DNA of 64,000 bases from the human T2T-CHM13v2.0 reference genome, Homo sapiens. Position 1 is the first letter of the stretch; each line of letters starts with the position of its first letter. The stretch lies in the NCBI RefSeq assembly GCF_009914755.1, contig NC_060933.1; one strand, written 5' to 3'. The notes under the pieces were generated by a model that saw only the letters and a program-made list of their open reading frames with translations, was not told the origin of the DNA and searched no databases. The position numbers and the translations under genes are program-made. This document shows, in pieces, positions 15,401 to 29,500 of the stretch.

Positions 15401-18400
15401 CCATTCCATTTCATTCCAATCCATGCCATTCCACTCGTGTTGATTCCATTCTTTACATTCCATTCAAGTTGAATCCATTCCATTCCATTCCATTCCATTC
15501 CATTCCAATCCGTTCCGTTCCGTTCCATTCCATTCCATTCCTTTCTATTCGGGTTAATTCCATTCCATTCCATTCCATTCCATTCCATTCCAATCAAGTT
15601 GATTCCATTCCATTCCATTCCATTCCATTCCATTCCATTCCACTGCATTCCAGTCCTTTCCATTCCATTCCACTCGGGTTGATTCCAATGTATTCCTTTC
15701 CATTCCATTCCATTCCATTGCAATCGAGTTGATTCCATTGCTTTGCATTCCATTCCATTCCATTACATTCCGGATGATTCCATTCCATTGCATTCCATTC
15801 CATTCCATTCCCCTGCATTCGGGTTGATTCCATTCCATTCCACTCCATTCCGTTCCGTTCCATTCCATTCCATTCCATTGTATTCGGGTTAATTCCATTC
15901 CATTCCATTCCATTACAATCGAGTTGATTCCATTCCATTCCATTCCATTCCAGTCCTTTCCATTCCATTCCTCTCTGGTTGATTCCATTCTATTAGTTTC
16001 CATTCCATTCCATTCCCTTCCATTCCACTCAGGTTTTTTCCATTCCTTTCCATTCCACTCGAATACATTCCCTCCTATTCCACTGAGAACGATTCCATTC
16101 CATTCCATTCCATTCCATTCCATTCCATTCCATTCCATTTCTTTTCGTTCCATTCCATTCTATTCCGTATCATTCCATTCCATTCCATTCCATTCCATTC
16201 CATTCCATTCCATTCCATTGTACTCGGGTTGATTCAATTCCATTGCATTCCATTCCATTCCATTCCATTCCATTCCGTTGCATTCCATTCCATTACATTC
16301 GGATTGATTCTATTCAACTCCCTTACTCTCCATTCCATTCCATTCCATTCGGGTTGTTCCATTCCATTCCATTCCATTCCACTCCATTCCATGGCACTCG
16401 GGTTGATTCCATTCCATTCCATTCCATTCCATTCCATTCCGGATGAATCCATTCCATTGCATTCCGTTCCATTACATTCCCCTGCACTCGCGTTGATTCC
16501 ATTCCATTCCATTCCATTCCATTCAATTCCATTCCATTACAATTCGTTCCATTCCATTCTATTCCGTACCATTCCATTCCGTTCCATTCCGTTCCATTCC
16601 ATTCCATTCCATTCTATTCGAATTAATTCCATTCCATTCCATTCCATTCCATTCCATTCTATGCGGGTTAATTCCATTCCATTCCATTCCATTCCATTCC
16701 ATTCTATTCCATTCCATTGCAGTCGAGTTGAATCCATTGCATTTCATTCCATTCCATTCCATTCCATTCCATTCCGGAAGATTCCATTCCATTGCATTCC
16801 ATTCCATTCCATTCCCCTGCACTCGCGTTGATTCCATTCCATTCCATTCCATTCCATCCATTCCGTTCCGTTCCGTTCCGTTCCATTCCATTCCATTCCA
16901 TTCCATTCCATTCCGTTCCGTTGCATTACATTCCATTCCTCTCCATTCCATTGCACTCGGGTTGATTCCATTCCATTGCATTCCATTCCATTCCATTCAA
17001 TTCCATTCCGTTCCATTCCATTCCATTACATTCGGATTGATTCTATTCAACTCCCTTACTCTCCATTACATTCCATTCCATTCGGGTTGTTCCATTCCAT
17101 TCCATTCCATTCCACTCCATTCCATTGCACTCGGGTTGATTCCATTCCATTCCATTCCATTCCATTCCATTCCATTCCATTCCTTTCCAATCGAGTTGAT
17201 TCCATTCCATTCCATTCCATTCCATTCCACTCCATTCCAGTCCTTTCCATTCCATTCCACTGGGGTTGATTCCAATTTATTCCTTTCCATTCCATTCCAT
17301 TCCATTGCAATCGAGTTGATTCCTTTGCTTTGCATTCCATTCCATTCCATTCCATTCCGGATGATTCCATTCCATTGCATTCCATTCCATTCCATTCCCC
17401 TGCACTCGGGTTGATTCCATTCCATTCCACTCCATTCCGTTCCATTCCATTCCATTCCATTGTATTCGGGTTAATTCCATTCCGTTCCATTCCATTCCAT
17501 TCCATTACAATCGAGTTGATTCCATTCCATTCCATTCCATTCCAGTCCTTTCCATTCCATTCCACTCTGGTTGATTCCATTCTATTAGTTTCCATTCCAT
17601 TCCATTCCCTTCCATTCCACTCTGGTTGATACCATTCCTTTCCATTCCACTCGAATACATTCCCTCCTATTCCACTCAGAACGATTCCATTCCATTCCAT
17701 TCCATTCCATTCCATTCCATTCCATTCCATTCCATTTCGTTCCATTCCATTCTATTCCGTATCATTCCATTCCATTCCATTCCATTCCATTCCATTCCAT
17801 TCCATTCCAATCCATTCCTTTGTACTCGGGTTGATTCAATTCCATTGCATTCCATTCCATTCCATTCCATTCCATTCCGTTGCATTCCATTCCATTACAT
17901 TCGGATTGATTCTATTCAACTCCCTTACTCTCCATTCCATTCCATTCCATTCGTGTTGTTCCATTCCATTCCATTCCATTCCACTCCATTCCATTGCACT
18001 CGGGTTGATTCCATTCCATTCCATTCCATTCCATTCCATTCCATTCCATTCCGGAAGATTCCATTCCATTGCATTCCATTCCATTCCATTCCCCTGCACT
18101 CGCGTTGATTCCATTCCATTCCATTCCATTCCATTCCATTCCATTCCATTCCTTTCCGTTCCATTCCATTCCATTCCATTCCATTCCAATCCATTCCACT
18201 CCGTTCTGTTCCGTTCCATTCCATTCCATTCCATTCTATTCAGGTTAATTCCATTACATTCCATTCGATTGCAATCGAGTTGATTCCATTCCATTCCATT
18301 CCATTCCATTCCATTCCATTCCTTTCCATTCCATTACGGATGATTCCATTCCATTGCATTCCATTCCATTCCATTCCCCTGTACTCGGGTTGATTCCATT

Positions 18401-20501
18401 CCATTCCATTCCAATCCATGCCATTCCACTCGTGTTGATTCCATTCTTTCCATTCCATTCAAGTTGAATCCATTCCATTGCATTCCATTCCATTCCATTC
18501 CCCTGCAGTCGGGTTGTTTCCATTCCATTCCATTCCATTCCATTCCATTCCATTCCATTCCGTTCCGTTCCGTTCCATTCCATTCCATTCCATTCTATTC
18601 CGATTAATTCCATTCCATTCCATTCCATTCCATTCCATTCCATTCCAATCGAGTTGATTCCATTCCATTCCATTCCATTCCATTCCACTCCATTCCAGTC
18701 CTTTCCATTCCATTCCACTCGGGTTGATTCCAATGTATTCCTTTCCATTCCATTCCATTCCATTGCAATCGAGTTGATTCCATTGCTTTGCATTCCATTC
18801 CATTCCATTCCATTCCGGATGATTCCATTCCATTGCATTCCATTCCATTCCATTCCCCTGCACTCGGGTTGATTCCATTCGATTCCACTCCATTCCGTTC
18901 CATTCCATTCCATTGCATTGTATTCGGGTTAATTCCATTCCATTCCATTCCATTCCATTCCATTCCATTACAATCGAGTTGATTCCATTCCATTCCATTC
19001 TATTCCAGTCCTTTCCATTCCATTCCTCTCGGGTTGATTCCATTCTATTAGTTTCCATTCCATTCCATTCCCTTCCATTCCACTCAGGTTTTTTCCATTC
19101 CTTTCCATTCCACTCGAATACATTCCCTCCTATTCCACTCAGAACGATTCCATTCCATTCCATTCCATTCCATTCCATTCCATTCCATTCCACTTCGTTC
19201 CATTCCATTCTATTCCGTATCATTCCATTCCATTCCATTCCATTCCATTCCATTCCATTGTACTCGGGTTGATTCCATTCCATTGCATTCCATTCCATTC
19301 CATTCCATTCCACTCCATTCCATTCCGTTGCATTCCATTCCATTACATTCGGATTGATTCTATTCAACTCCTTTACTCTCCATTATATTCCATTCCATTC
19401 GGGTTGTTCCATTCCATTCCATTCCATTCCACTCCATTCCATTGCACTCGGGTTGATTCCATTCCATTCCATTCCATTCCATTCCATTCCGGATGATTCC
19501 ATTCCATTGCATTCCGATCCATTACATTCCCCTGCACTCGCGTTGATTCCATTCCATTCCATTCAATTCCATTCCATTCAATTCCATTCCATTACAATTC
19601 GTTCCATTCCATTCTATTCCATACCATTCCATTCCGTTCCATTCCGTTCCATTCCATTCCATTCCATTCTATTCGAATTAATTCCATTCCATTCCATTCC
19701 ATTCCATTCCATTCTATGCGGGTTAATTCCATTCCATTCCATTCCATTCCATTCCATTCCATTCTATTCCATTCCATTGCAATCGAGTTGAATCCATTGC
19801 ATTTCATTCCATTCCATTCCATTCCATTCCATTCCGGAAGATTCCATTCCATTGCATTCCATTCCATTCCATTCCCCTGCACTCGCGTTGATTCCATTCC
19901 ATTCCATTCCATTCCATTCCATCCATTCCGTTCCGTTCCGTTCCATTCCATTCCATTCCATTCCATTCCATTCCGTTCCGTTGCATTCCATTCCATTCCT
20001 CTCCATTCCATTGCACTCGGGTTGATTCCATTCCATTGCATTCCATTCCATTCCATTCAATTCCATTCCGTTCCATTCCATTCCATTACATTCGGATTGA
20101 TTCTATTCAACTCCCTTACTCTCCATTACATTCCATTCCATTCCATTCGGGTTGTTCCATTCCATTCCATTCCATTCCACTCCATTCCATTGCACTCGGG
20201 TTGATTCCATTCCATTCCATTCCATTCCATTCCATTCCATTCCAATCGAGTTGATTCCATTCCATTCCATTCCACTCCATTCCAGTCCTTTCCATTCCAT
20301 TCCACTGGGGTTGATTCCAATTTATTCCTTTCCATTCCATTCCATTCCATTGCAATCGAGTTGATTCCTTTGCTTTGCATTCCATTCCATTCCATTCCAT
20401 TCCGGATGATTCCATTCCATTGCATTCCATTCCATTCCATTCCCCTGCACTCGGGTTGATTCCATTCGATTCCACTCCATTCCGTTCCATTCCATTCCAT
20501 T
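6442..20501 (+). repeat. Near-perfect 6,964-bp tandem duplication (6442-13537 = 13406-20501)
   Basis: Dozens of ORF pairs have identical translations at a constant offset of 6,964 (6588/13552, 8031/14995, 9764/16728, 11495/18459, 13188/20152). The first flanking mismatches are at 6441/13405 (A/T) and 13538/20502 (G/C). Confidence 0.93.
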
Positions 20502-23500
20502 CCATTGTATTCGGGTTAATTCCATTCCATTCCATTCCATTCCATTCCATTACAATCGAGTTGATTCCATTCCATTCCATTCCATTCCAGTCCTTTCCAT
20601 TCCATTCCACTCGGGTTGATTCCATTCTATTAGTTTCCATTCCATTCCATTCCCTTCCATTCCACTCTGGTTGATACCATTCCTTTCCATTCCACTCGAA
20701 TACATTCCCTCCTATTCCACTCAGAACGATTCCATTCCATTCCATTCCATTCCATTCCATTTCGTTCCATTCCATTCTATTCCGTATCATTCCATTCCAT
20801 TCCATTCCATTCCATTCCATTCCATTCCATTCCATTCCATTGTACTCGGGTTGATTCAATTCCATTGCATTCCATTCCATTCCTTTCCATTCCATTCCAT
20901 TCCATTCCGTTACATTCCATTCCATTACATTCGGATTGATTCTATTCAATTCCCTTACTCTCCGTTACATTCCATTGCACTCGGGTTGATTCCATTCCAT
21001 TCCATTCCATTCCATTCCGGATGATTCCATACCATTGCATTCCGTTCCATTACATTCCCCTGCACTCGCGTTGATTCCATTCCATTCCATTCCATTCCAT
21101 TCAATTCCATTCCATTACAATTCGTTCCATTCCATTCTATTCCGTACCATTCCATTCCATTCCATACCATTCCATTCCATTCCATTCCATTCCGTTCCAT
21201 TCCGTTCCATTCCATTCCATTCCATTCTATTCGGATTAATTCCATTCCATTCCATTCCATTCCATTCTATTCCATTCCATTGCAATCGAGTTGAATCCAT
21301 TGCATTTCATTCCATTCCATTCCATTCCATTCCATTCCGGAAGATTCCATTCCATTGCATTCCATTCCATTACATTCCCCTGCACTCGCGTTGATTCCAT
21401 TCCATTCCATTCCATTCCATTCCGTTCCGTTCCGTTCCATTCCATTCCATTCCATTCCGTTCCGTTGCATTCCATTCCATTCCATTCCATTCTATTCGGG
21501 TTAATTCCATTCCATTCCATTCGATTGCAATCGAGTTGATTCCATTCCATTCCATTCTATTCCATTCCATTCCATTCCATTCCATTCCTTTCCATTCCAT
21601 TACGGATGATTCCATTCCATTGCATTCCATTCCATTCCATTCCCCTGTACTCGGGTTGATTCCATTCCATTCCATTCCAATCCATGCCATTCCACTCGTG
21701 TTGATTCCATTCTTTCCATTCCATTCAAGTTGAATCCATTCCATTGCATTCCATTCCATTCGATTCCATTCTATTGCACTCGGGTTGATTCCATGGCATT
21801 GCATTCCATTCCATTCCATTCCATTCCATTCCATTCCATTCCATTCCGTTGCATTCCATTCCATTACATTCGGATTGATTCTATTCAACTCCCTTACTCT
21901 CCATTACATTCCATTCCATTCGTGTTGTTCCATTCCATTCCATTCCATTCCACTCCATTCCATTGCACTCGGGTTGATTCCATTCCATTCTATTCCATTC
22001 CATTCCATTCCGGATGATTCCATTCCATTGCATTCCGTTCCATTACATTCCCCTGCACTCGCGTTGATTCCGTTCCATTCTATTCCATTCCATTCAATTC
22101 CATTCCATTACAATTCGTTCCATTCCATTCTATTCAGTACCATTCCATTCCATTCCATACCATTCCATTCCATTCCATTCCATTCCATTCCGTTCCATTC
22201 CGTTCCATTCCATTCCATTCCATTCTATTCGGGTTAATTCCATTCCATTCCATTCCATTCCATTCTATTCCATTCCATTGCAATCGAGTTGAATCCATTG
22301 CAGTTCATTCCATTCCATTCCATTCCATTCCATTCCATTCCGGAAGATTCCATTCCATTGCATTCCACTCCATTCCATTCCCCTGCAGTCGCGTTGATTC
22401 CATTCCATTCCATTCCATTCCATTCCATCCATTCCGTTCTGTTCCGTTCCATTCCATTCCATTCCATTCCATTCCATGCCGTTCCGTTCCATTCCATTCC
22501 ATTCCATTCCATTCTATTCTGGTTAATTCCATTCCATTCCATTCGATTGCAATCGAGTTGAGTTCCATTCCATTCCATTCCATTCCTTTCCATTCCATTA
22601 CGGATGATTCCATTCCATTGCATTCCATTCCATTCCATTCCCCTGTACTCGGGTTGATTCCATTCCATTCCATTCCAATCCATGCCATTCCACTCGTGTT
22701 TATTCCATTCTTTCCATTCCATTCAAGTTGAATCCATTCCATTGCATTCCATTCCATTCGATTCCATTCGATTGCACTAGGGTTGATTCCATTCCATTGC
22801 ATTCCATTCCATTCCATTCCATTCCATTCCATTCCATTCCATTCCGTTCCATTCCATTCCTTTACATTCGGATTGATTCTATTCAATTCCCTTACTCTCC
22901 ATTACATTCCATTCCATTCGGGTAGTTTCCATTCCATTCCATTCCATTCCTCTCCATTCCATTGCACTCGGGTTGATTCCATTCCATTGCATTCCATTCC
23001 ATTCCATTCAATTCCATTCCGTTCCGTTCCATTCCATTACATTCGGATGGATTCTATTCAACTCCCTTACTCTCCATTACATTCCATTCCATTCGGGTTG
23101 TTCCATTCCATTACATTCCATTCCACTCCATTCCATTGCACTCGGGTTTATTCCATTCCATTCCATTCCATTCCATTCCAGAAGATTCCATTCCATTGCA
23201 TTCCATTCCATTCCATTCCCCTGCACTCGCGTTGATTCCATTCCATTCCATTCCATTCCATTCCATTCCATTCCAATCCATTCCATTCCGTTCCGTTCCG
23301 TTCCATTCCATTCCATTCCATTTTATTCGGGTTAATTCCATTCCATTCCATTCGATTGCAATCGAGTTGATTCCATTCCATTCCATTCCATTCCATTCCA
23401 TTCCATTCCATTCCATTACGGATGATTCCATTCCATTGCATTCCATTCCATTCCATTCCCCTGTACTCGTGTTGATTCCATTCCATTCCATTCCAATCCA

Positions 23501-26500
23501 TGCCATTCCACTCGTGTTGATTCCATTCTTTCCATTCCATTCAAGTTGAATCCATTCCATTGCATTCCATTCCATTCCATTCCCCTGCAGTCGGGTTGTT
23601 TCCATTCCATTCCATTCCATTCCATTCCGTTCCGTTCCATTCCATTCCATTCCATTCTATTCGGATTAATTCCATTCCATTCCATTCCATTCCATTCCAT
23701 TCCATTCCATTCCAATCGAGTTGATTCCATTCCATTCCATTCCATTCCATTCCACTCCATTCCATTCCTTTCCATTCCATTCCACTCGGGTTGATTCCAA
23801 TGTATTCCTTTCCATTCCATTCCATTCCATTGCAATCGAGTTGATTCCATTGCTTTGCATTCCATTCCATTCCATTCCATTCCGGATGATTCCATTCCAT
23901 TGCATTCCATTCCATTCCATTCCCCTGCACTCGGGTTGATTCCATTCGATTCCACTCCATTCCGTTCCATTCCATTCCATTGCATTGTATTCGGGTTAAT
24001 TCCATTGCATTCCATTCCATTCCATTCCATTCCATTCCATTACAATCGAGTTGATTCCATTCCATTCCATTCCATTCCAGTCCTTTCCATTCCATTCCTC
24101 TCGGGTTGATTCCATTCTATTAGTTTCCATTCCATTCCATTCCCTTCCATTCCACTCAGGTTTTTTCCATTCCTTTCCATTCCACTCGAATACATTCCCT
24201 CCTATTCCACTCAGAACGATTCCATTCCATTCCATTCCATTCCATTCCATTCCATTCCATTCCATTTCGTTCCATTCCATTCTATTCCGTATCATTCCAT
24301 TCCATTCCATTCCATTCCATTACATTCCATTCCATTCCAGTCCATTCCATTGTACTCGGGTTGATTCAATTCCATTGCATTCCATTCCATTCCATTCCAT
24401 TCCATTCCATTCCGTTGCATTCCATTCCATTACATTCGGATTGATTCTATTCAACTCCCTTACTCTCCATTACATTCCATTCCATTCGGGTTGTTCCATT
24501 CCATTCCATTCCATTCCACTCCATTCCATTGCACTCGGGTTGATTCCATTCCATTCCATTCCATTCCATTCCATTCCGGATGATTCCATTCCATTGCATT
24601 CCGTTCCATTACATTCCCCTGCACTCGCGTTGATTCCATTCCATTCCATTCCATTCCATTCAATTCCATTCCATTACAATTCGTTCCATTCCATTCTATT
24701 CCGTACCATTCCATGCCATTCCATACCATTCCATTCCATTCCATTCCATTCGGTTCCATTCCGTTCCATTCCATTCCATTACATTCTATTCGAATTAATT
24801 CCATTCCATTCCATTCCATTCCATTCTATTCCATTCCATTGCAATCGAGTTGAATCCATTGCATTTCATTCCATTCCATTCCATTCCATTCCATTCCGGA
24901 AGTTTCCATTCCATTGCACTCCATTCCATTCCATTCCCCTGCACTCGCGTTGATTCCATTCCATTCCTTTCCATTCCATTCGATTCCATTCCATTCCCCT
25001 GCACTAGCGTTGATTCCATTCCATTCCATTCCATTCCATTCCATTCCATTCCATTCCATTCCATTCCATTCCTTTCCGTTCCATTCCATACAATTCCATT
25101 CCATTCCATTCCACTCCGTTCCGTTCCGTTCCGTTACGTTCCGTTCCGTTCCGTTCCATTCCATTCCATTCCATTCTATTCGGTTTAATTCCATTCCATT
25201 CCATTCCATTCCATTCTATTCCATTCCATTGCAATCGAGTTGAATCCATTGCATTCCATTCCATTCCATTCCATTCCATTCCATTCCATTCCATTCCGGA
25301 AGATTCCATTCCATTGCATTAAATTCCATTCCATTCCATTCCATTCCATTCCATTCCATTCCATTGTACTCGGGTTGATTCCATTCCATTGCATTCCATT
25401 CCATTCCATTCCATTCCATTCCATTCCGTTCCATTCCATTCCATTACATTCGGATTGATTCTTTTCAACTCCCTTACTCTCCATTACATTCCATTCCATT
25501 CGGGTTGTTCCATTCCATTCCATTCCATTCCACTCCATTCCATTGCACTCGGGTTGATTCCATTCCATTCCATTCCGGATGATTCCATTCCATTGCATTC
25601 CGTTCCATTACATTCTCCTGCACTCGGGTTGATTCCATTTCATTCCATTCCATTCCATTCAATTCCATTCCATTCCTTTCCGTTCCGTTCCATTCCATTC
25701 CATTCCATTCTATTCGGGTTAATTCCATTCCATTCCATTCGATTGCCATCGAGTTGATTCCATTCCATTCCATTGCATTCCATTCCATTCCATTCCATTC
25801 CATTCCTTTCCATTCCATTACGGATGATTCCATTCCATTGCATTCCATTCCATTCCATTCCCCTGTACTCGGGTTGATTCCATTCCATTTCATTCCAATC
25901 CATGCCATTCCACTCGTGTTGATTCCATTCTTTACATTCCATTCAAGTTGAATCCATTCCATTCCATTCCATTCCATTCCATTCCAATCCGTTCCGTTCC
26001 GTTCCATTCCATTCCATTCCTTTCTATTCGGGTTAATTCCATTCCATTCCATTCCATTCCATTCCATTCCAATCAAGTTGATTCCATTCCATTCCATTCC
26101 ATTCCATTCCATTCCATTCCATTCCAATCAAGTTGATTCCATTCCATTACATTCCGGATGATTCCATTCCATTCCATTGCAATCGAGTTGATTCCATTGC
26201 TTTGCATTCCATTCCATTCCATTACATTCCGGATGATTCCATTCCATTGCATTCCATTCCATTCCATTCCCCTGCATTCGGGTTGATTCCATTCCATTCC
26301 ACTCCATTCCGTTCCGTTCCATTCCATTCCATTCCATTGTATTCGGGTTAATTCCATTCCATTCCATTCCATTACAATCGAGTTGATTCCATTCCATTCC
26401 ATTCCATTCCAGTCCTTTCCATTCCATTCCTCTCTGGTTGATTCCATTCTATTAGATTCCATTCCAATCCATTCCCTTCCATTCCACTCTGGTTGATTCC

Positions 26501-29500
26501 ATTCCTTTCCATTCCACTCGAATACATTCCCTCCTATTCCACTCGGAACGATTCCATTCCATTCCATTCCATTCCATTCCATTCCATTCCATTCCATTCC
26601 ATTTCGTTCCATTCCATTCTATTCCGTATCATTCCATTCCATTCCATTCCATTCCATTCCATTCCATTCCATTCCATTCCATTGTACTCGGGTTGATTCC
26701 ATTCCATTGCATTCCATTCCATTCCATTCCTTTCCATTCGGATTGATTCTATTCAACTCCCTTATTCTCCATTACATTCCATTCCATTCGGGTTGTTCCA
26801 TTCCATTCCATTCCATTCCACTCCATTCCATTGCACTCGGGTTGATTCCATTCCATTCAATTCCATTCCATTCCATTCCGGATGATTCCATTCCATTGCA
26901 TTCCTTTCCATTACATTCCCCTGCACTCGCGTTGATTCCATTCCATTCCATTCAATTCCATTCCATTACAATTCGTTCCATTCCATTCTATTCCGTACCA
27001 TTCCATTCCATTCCATACCATTCCATTCCATTCCATTCCATTCCATTCTTTTCCATTCCGTTCCATTCCATTCCATTCCATTCTATTCAGATTAATTCCA
27101 TTCCATTCCATTCCATTCCATTCTATTCCATTCCATTGCAATCGAGTTGAATCCATTGCATTTCATTCCATTCCATTCCATTCCATTCCATTCCGGAAGA
27201 TTCCATTCCATTGCATTCCATTCCATTCCATTCCCCTGCACTCGCGTTGATTCCATTCCATTCCATTCCATTCCATTCCGTTCCATTCCATTCCATTCCA
27301 TTCCATTCCATTCCATTCCGTTCCGTTCCATTCCATTCCATTCCATTCCATTCTATTCGGGTTATTTCCATTCCATTCCATTCGATTGCAATCGAGTTGA
27401 TTCCATTCCATTCCATTCCATTCCATTCCATTCCATTCCTTTCCATTCCATTACGGATGATTCCATTCCATTGCATTCCATTCCATTCCATTCCCCTTTA
27501 CTCGGGTTGATTCCATTCCATTCCATTCCAATCCATGCCATTCCACTCGTGTTGATTCCATTCTTTCCATTCCATTCAAGTTGAATCCATTCCGTTGCAT
27601 TCCATTCCATTCCATTCCCCTGCAGTCGGGTTGATTCCATTCCATTCCATTCCATTCCATTCCATTTCATTCCATTCCAATCAAGTTGATTCCATTCCAT
27701 TGCATTCCATTCAATTCCATTCCATTCCATTCCACTCCATTCCAGTCCTTTCCATTCCATTCCACTCGGGTTTATTCCAATGTATTCCTTTCCATTCCAT
27801 TCCTTTCCATTGCAATCGAGTTGATTCCATTGCTTTGCATTCCATTCCATTCCATTCCATTCCGGATGATTCCATTCCATTGCATTCCATTCCATTCCAT
27901 TCCCCTGCACTCGGGTTGATTCCATTCCATTCCACTCCATTCCATTCCATTCCATTCCATTCCATTTTATTCGGGTTAATTCCATTCCATTCTATTCCAT
28001 TCCATTCCATTCCATTACAATCGAGTTGATTCCATTCAATTCCATTGCATTCCAGTCCTTTCCATTCCATTCCACTCGGGTTGATTCCATTCTATTAGTT
28101 TCCATTCCATTCCATTCCCTTCCATTCCACTCTGGTTGATTCCATTCCTTTAAATTCCACTCGAATACATTCCCTCCTATTCCACTCGGAACGATTCCAT
28201 TCCATTCCATTCCATTCCATTCCATTCCATTCCATTCCATTTCGTTCCATTCCATTCTATTCCGTATCATTCCATTCCATTCCATTGCATTCCATTCCAT
28301 TCCATTCCATTCCATTCCGTTGCATTCCATTCCATTACATTCGGATTGATTCTATTCAACTCCCTTACTCTCCATTACATTACATTCCATTCTGGTTGTT
28401 CCATTCCATTCCACTCCATTCCATTGCACTCGGGTTGATTCCATTCCATTCCTTTCCATTCCGGATGATTCCATTCCATTGCATTCCGTTCCATTACATT
28501 CCCCTGCACTCGCGTTGATTCCATTCCATTCCATTCCATTCCATTCAATTCCATTCCATTACAATTCGTTCCATTCCATTCTATTCCGTACCATTCCATT
28601 CCATTCCATACCATTCCATTCCATTCCATTCCATTCCATTCCGTTCCATTCCGTTCCATTCCATTCCATTCCATTCTATTCGGATTAATTCCATTCCATT
28701 CCATTCCATTACATTCTATTCCATTCCATTGCAATCCAGTTGAATCCATTGCATTTCATTCCATTCCATTCCATTCCATTCCATTCCATTCCATTCCGGA
28801 AGATTCCATTCCATTGCATTCCTTTCCATTCCATTCCCCTGCACTCGCGTTGATTCCATTCCATACCATTCCATTCCATTCCGTTCCGTTCCATTCCATT
28901 CCATTCCATTCCATTCCGTTCCCTTCCATTCTATTCCATTCCATTCCATTCGGGTTAATTCCATTCCATTCCATTCGATTGCAAACCAGTTGATTCCATT
29001 CCATTCCATTCCATTCCATTCCATTCCATTCCATTCCTTTCCATTCCATTACGGATGATTCCATTCCATTGCATTCCATTCCATTCCATTCCCCTGTACT
29101 CGGGTTGATTCCATTCCATTCCATTCCAATCCATGCCATTCCACTCGTGTTGATTCCATTCTTTCCATTCCATTCAAGTTGAATCCATTGCATTGCATTC
29201 CATTCAATTCGATTCCATTCGATTGCACTCGGGTTTATTCCATTCCATTGCATTCCATTCCATTCCATTCCATTCCATTCCATTCCATTCCATTACATTC
29301 GGATTGATTCTATTCAACTCCCTTACTCTCCATTACATTCCATTCCATTCGGGGTGTTCCATTCCATTCCATTCCATTCCACACCATTCCACTGCACTCG
29401 GGTTGATTCCATTCCATTCCATTCCATTCCATTCCATTCCATTCCAGTCCTTTCCATTCCATTCCACTCGGGTTGATTCCATTCTATTAGTTTCCATTCC

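Larger units (their letters stand above)
1..26455 (+). repeat. Left domain: ~9.4-kb higher-order repeat of five monomers (A-B-C-D-E), about 3 variant copies
   Basis: The landmark GAATACATTCCCTCCTATTCCACT starts at 1253, 2721, 4308, 6780, 9097, 10689, 12152, 13744, 16061, 17653, 19116, 20698, 24188 and 26520. Spacings are 1468, 1587, 2472, 2317, 1592, 1463, 1592, 2317, 1592, 1463, 1582, 3490 and 2332. ORF-track twins occur at offsets of ~9,430 (877 vs 10313; 2393 vs 11824) and ~17,400 (6008 vs 23416; 8197 vs 25640). Confidence 0.88.
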
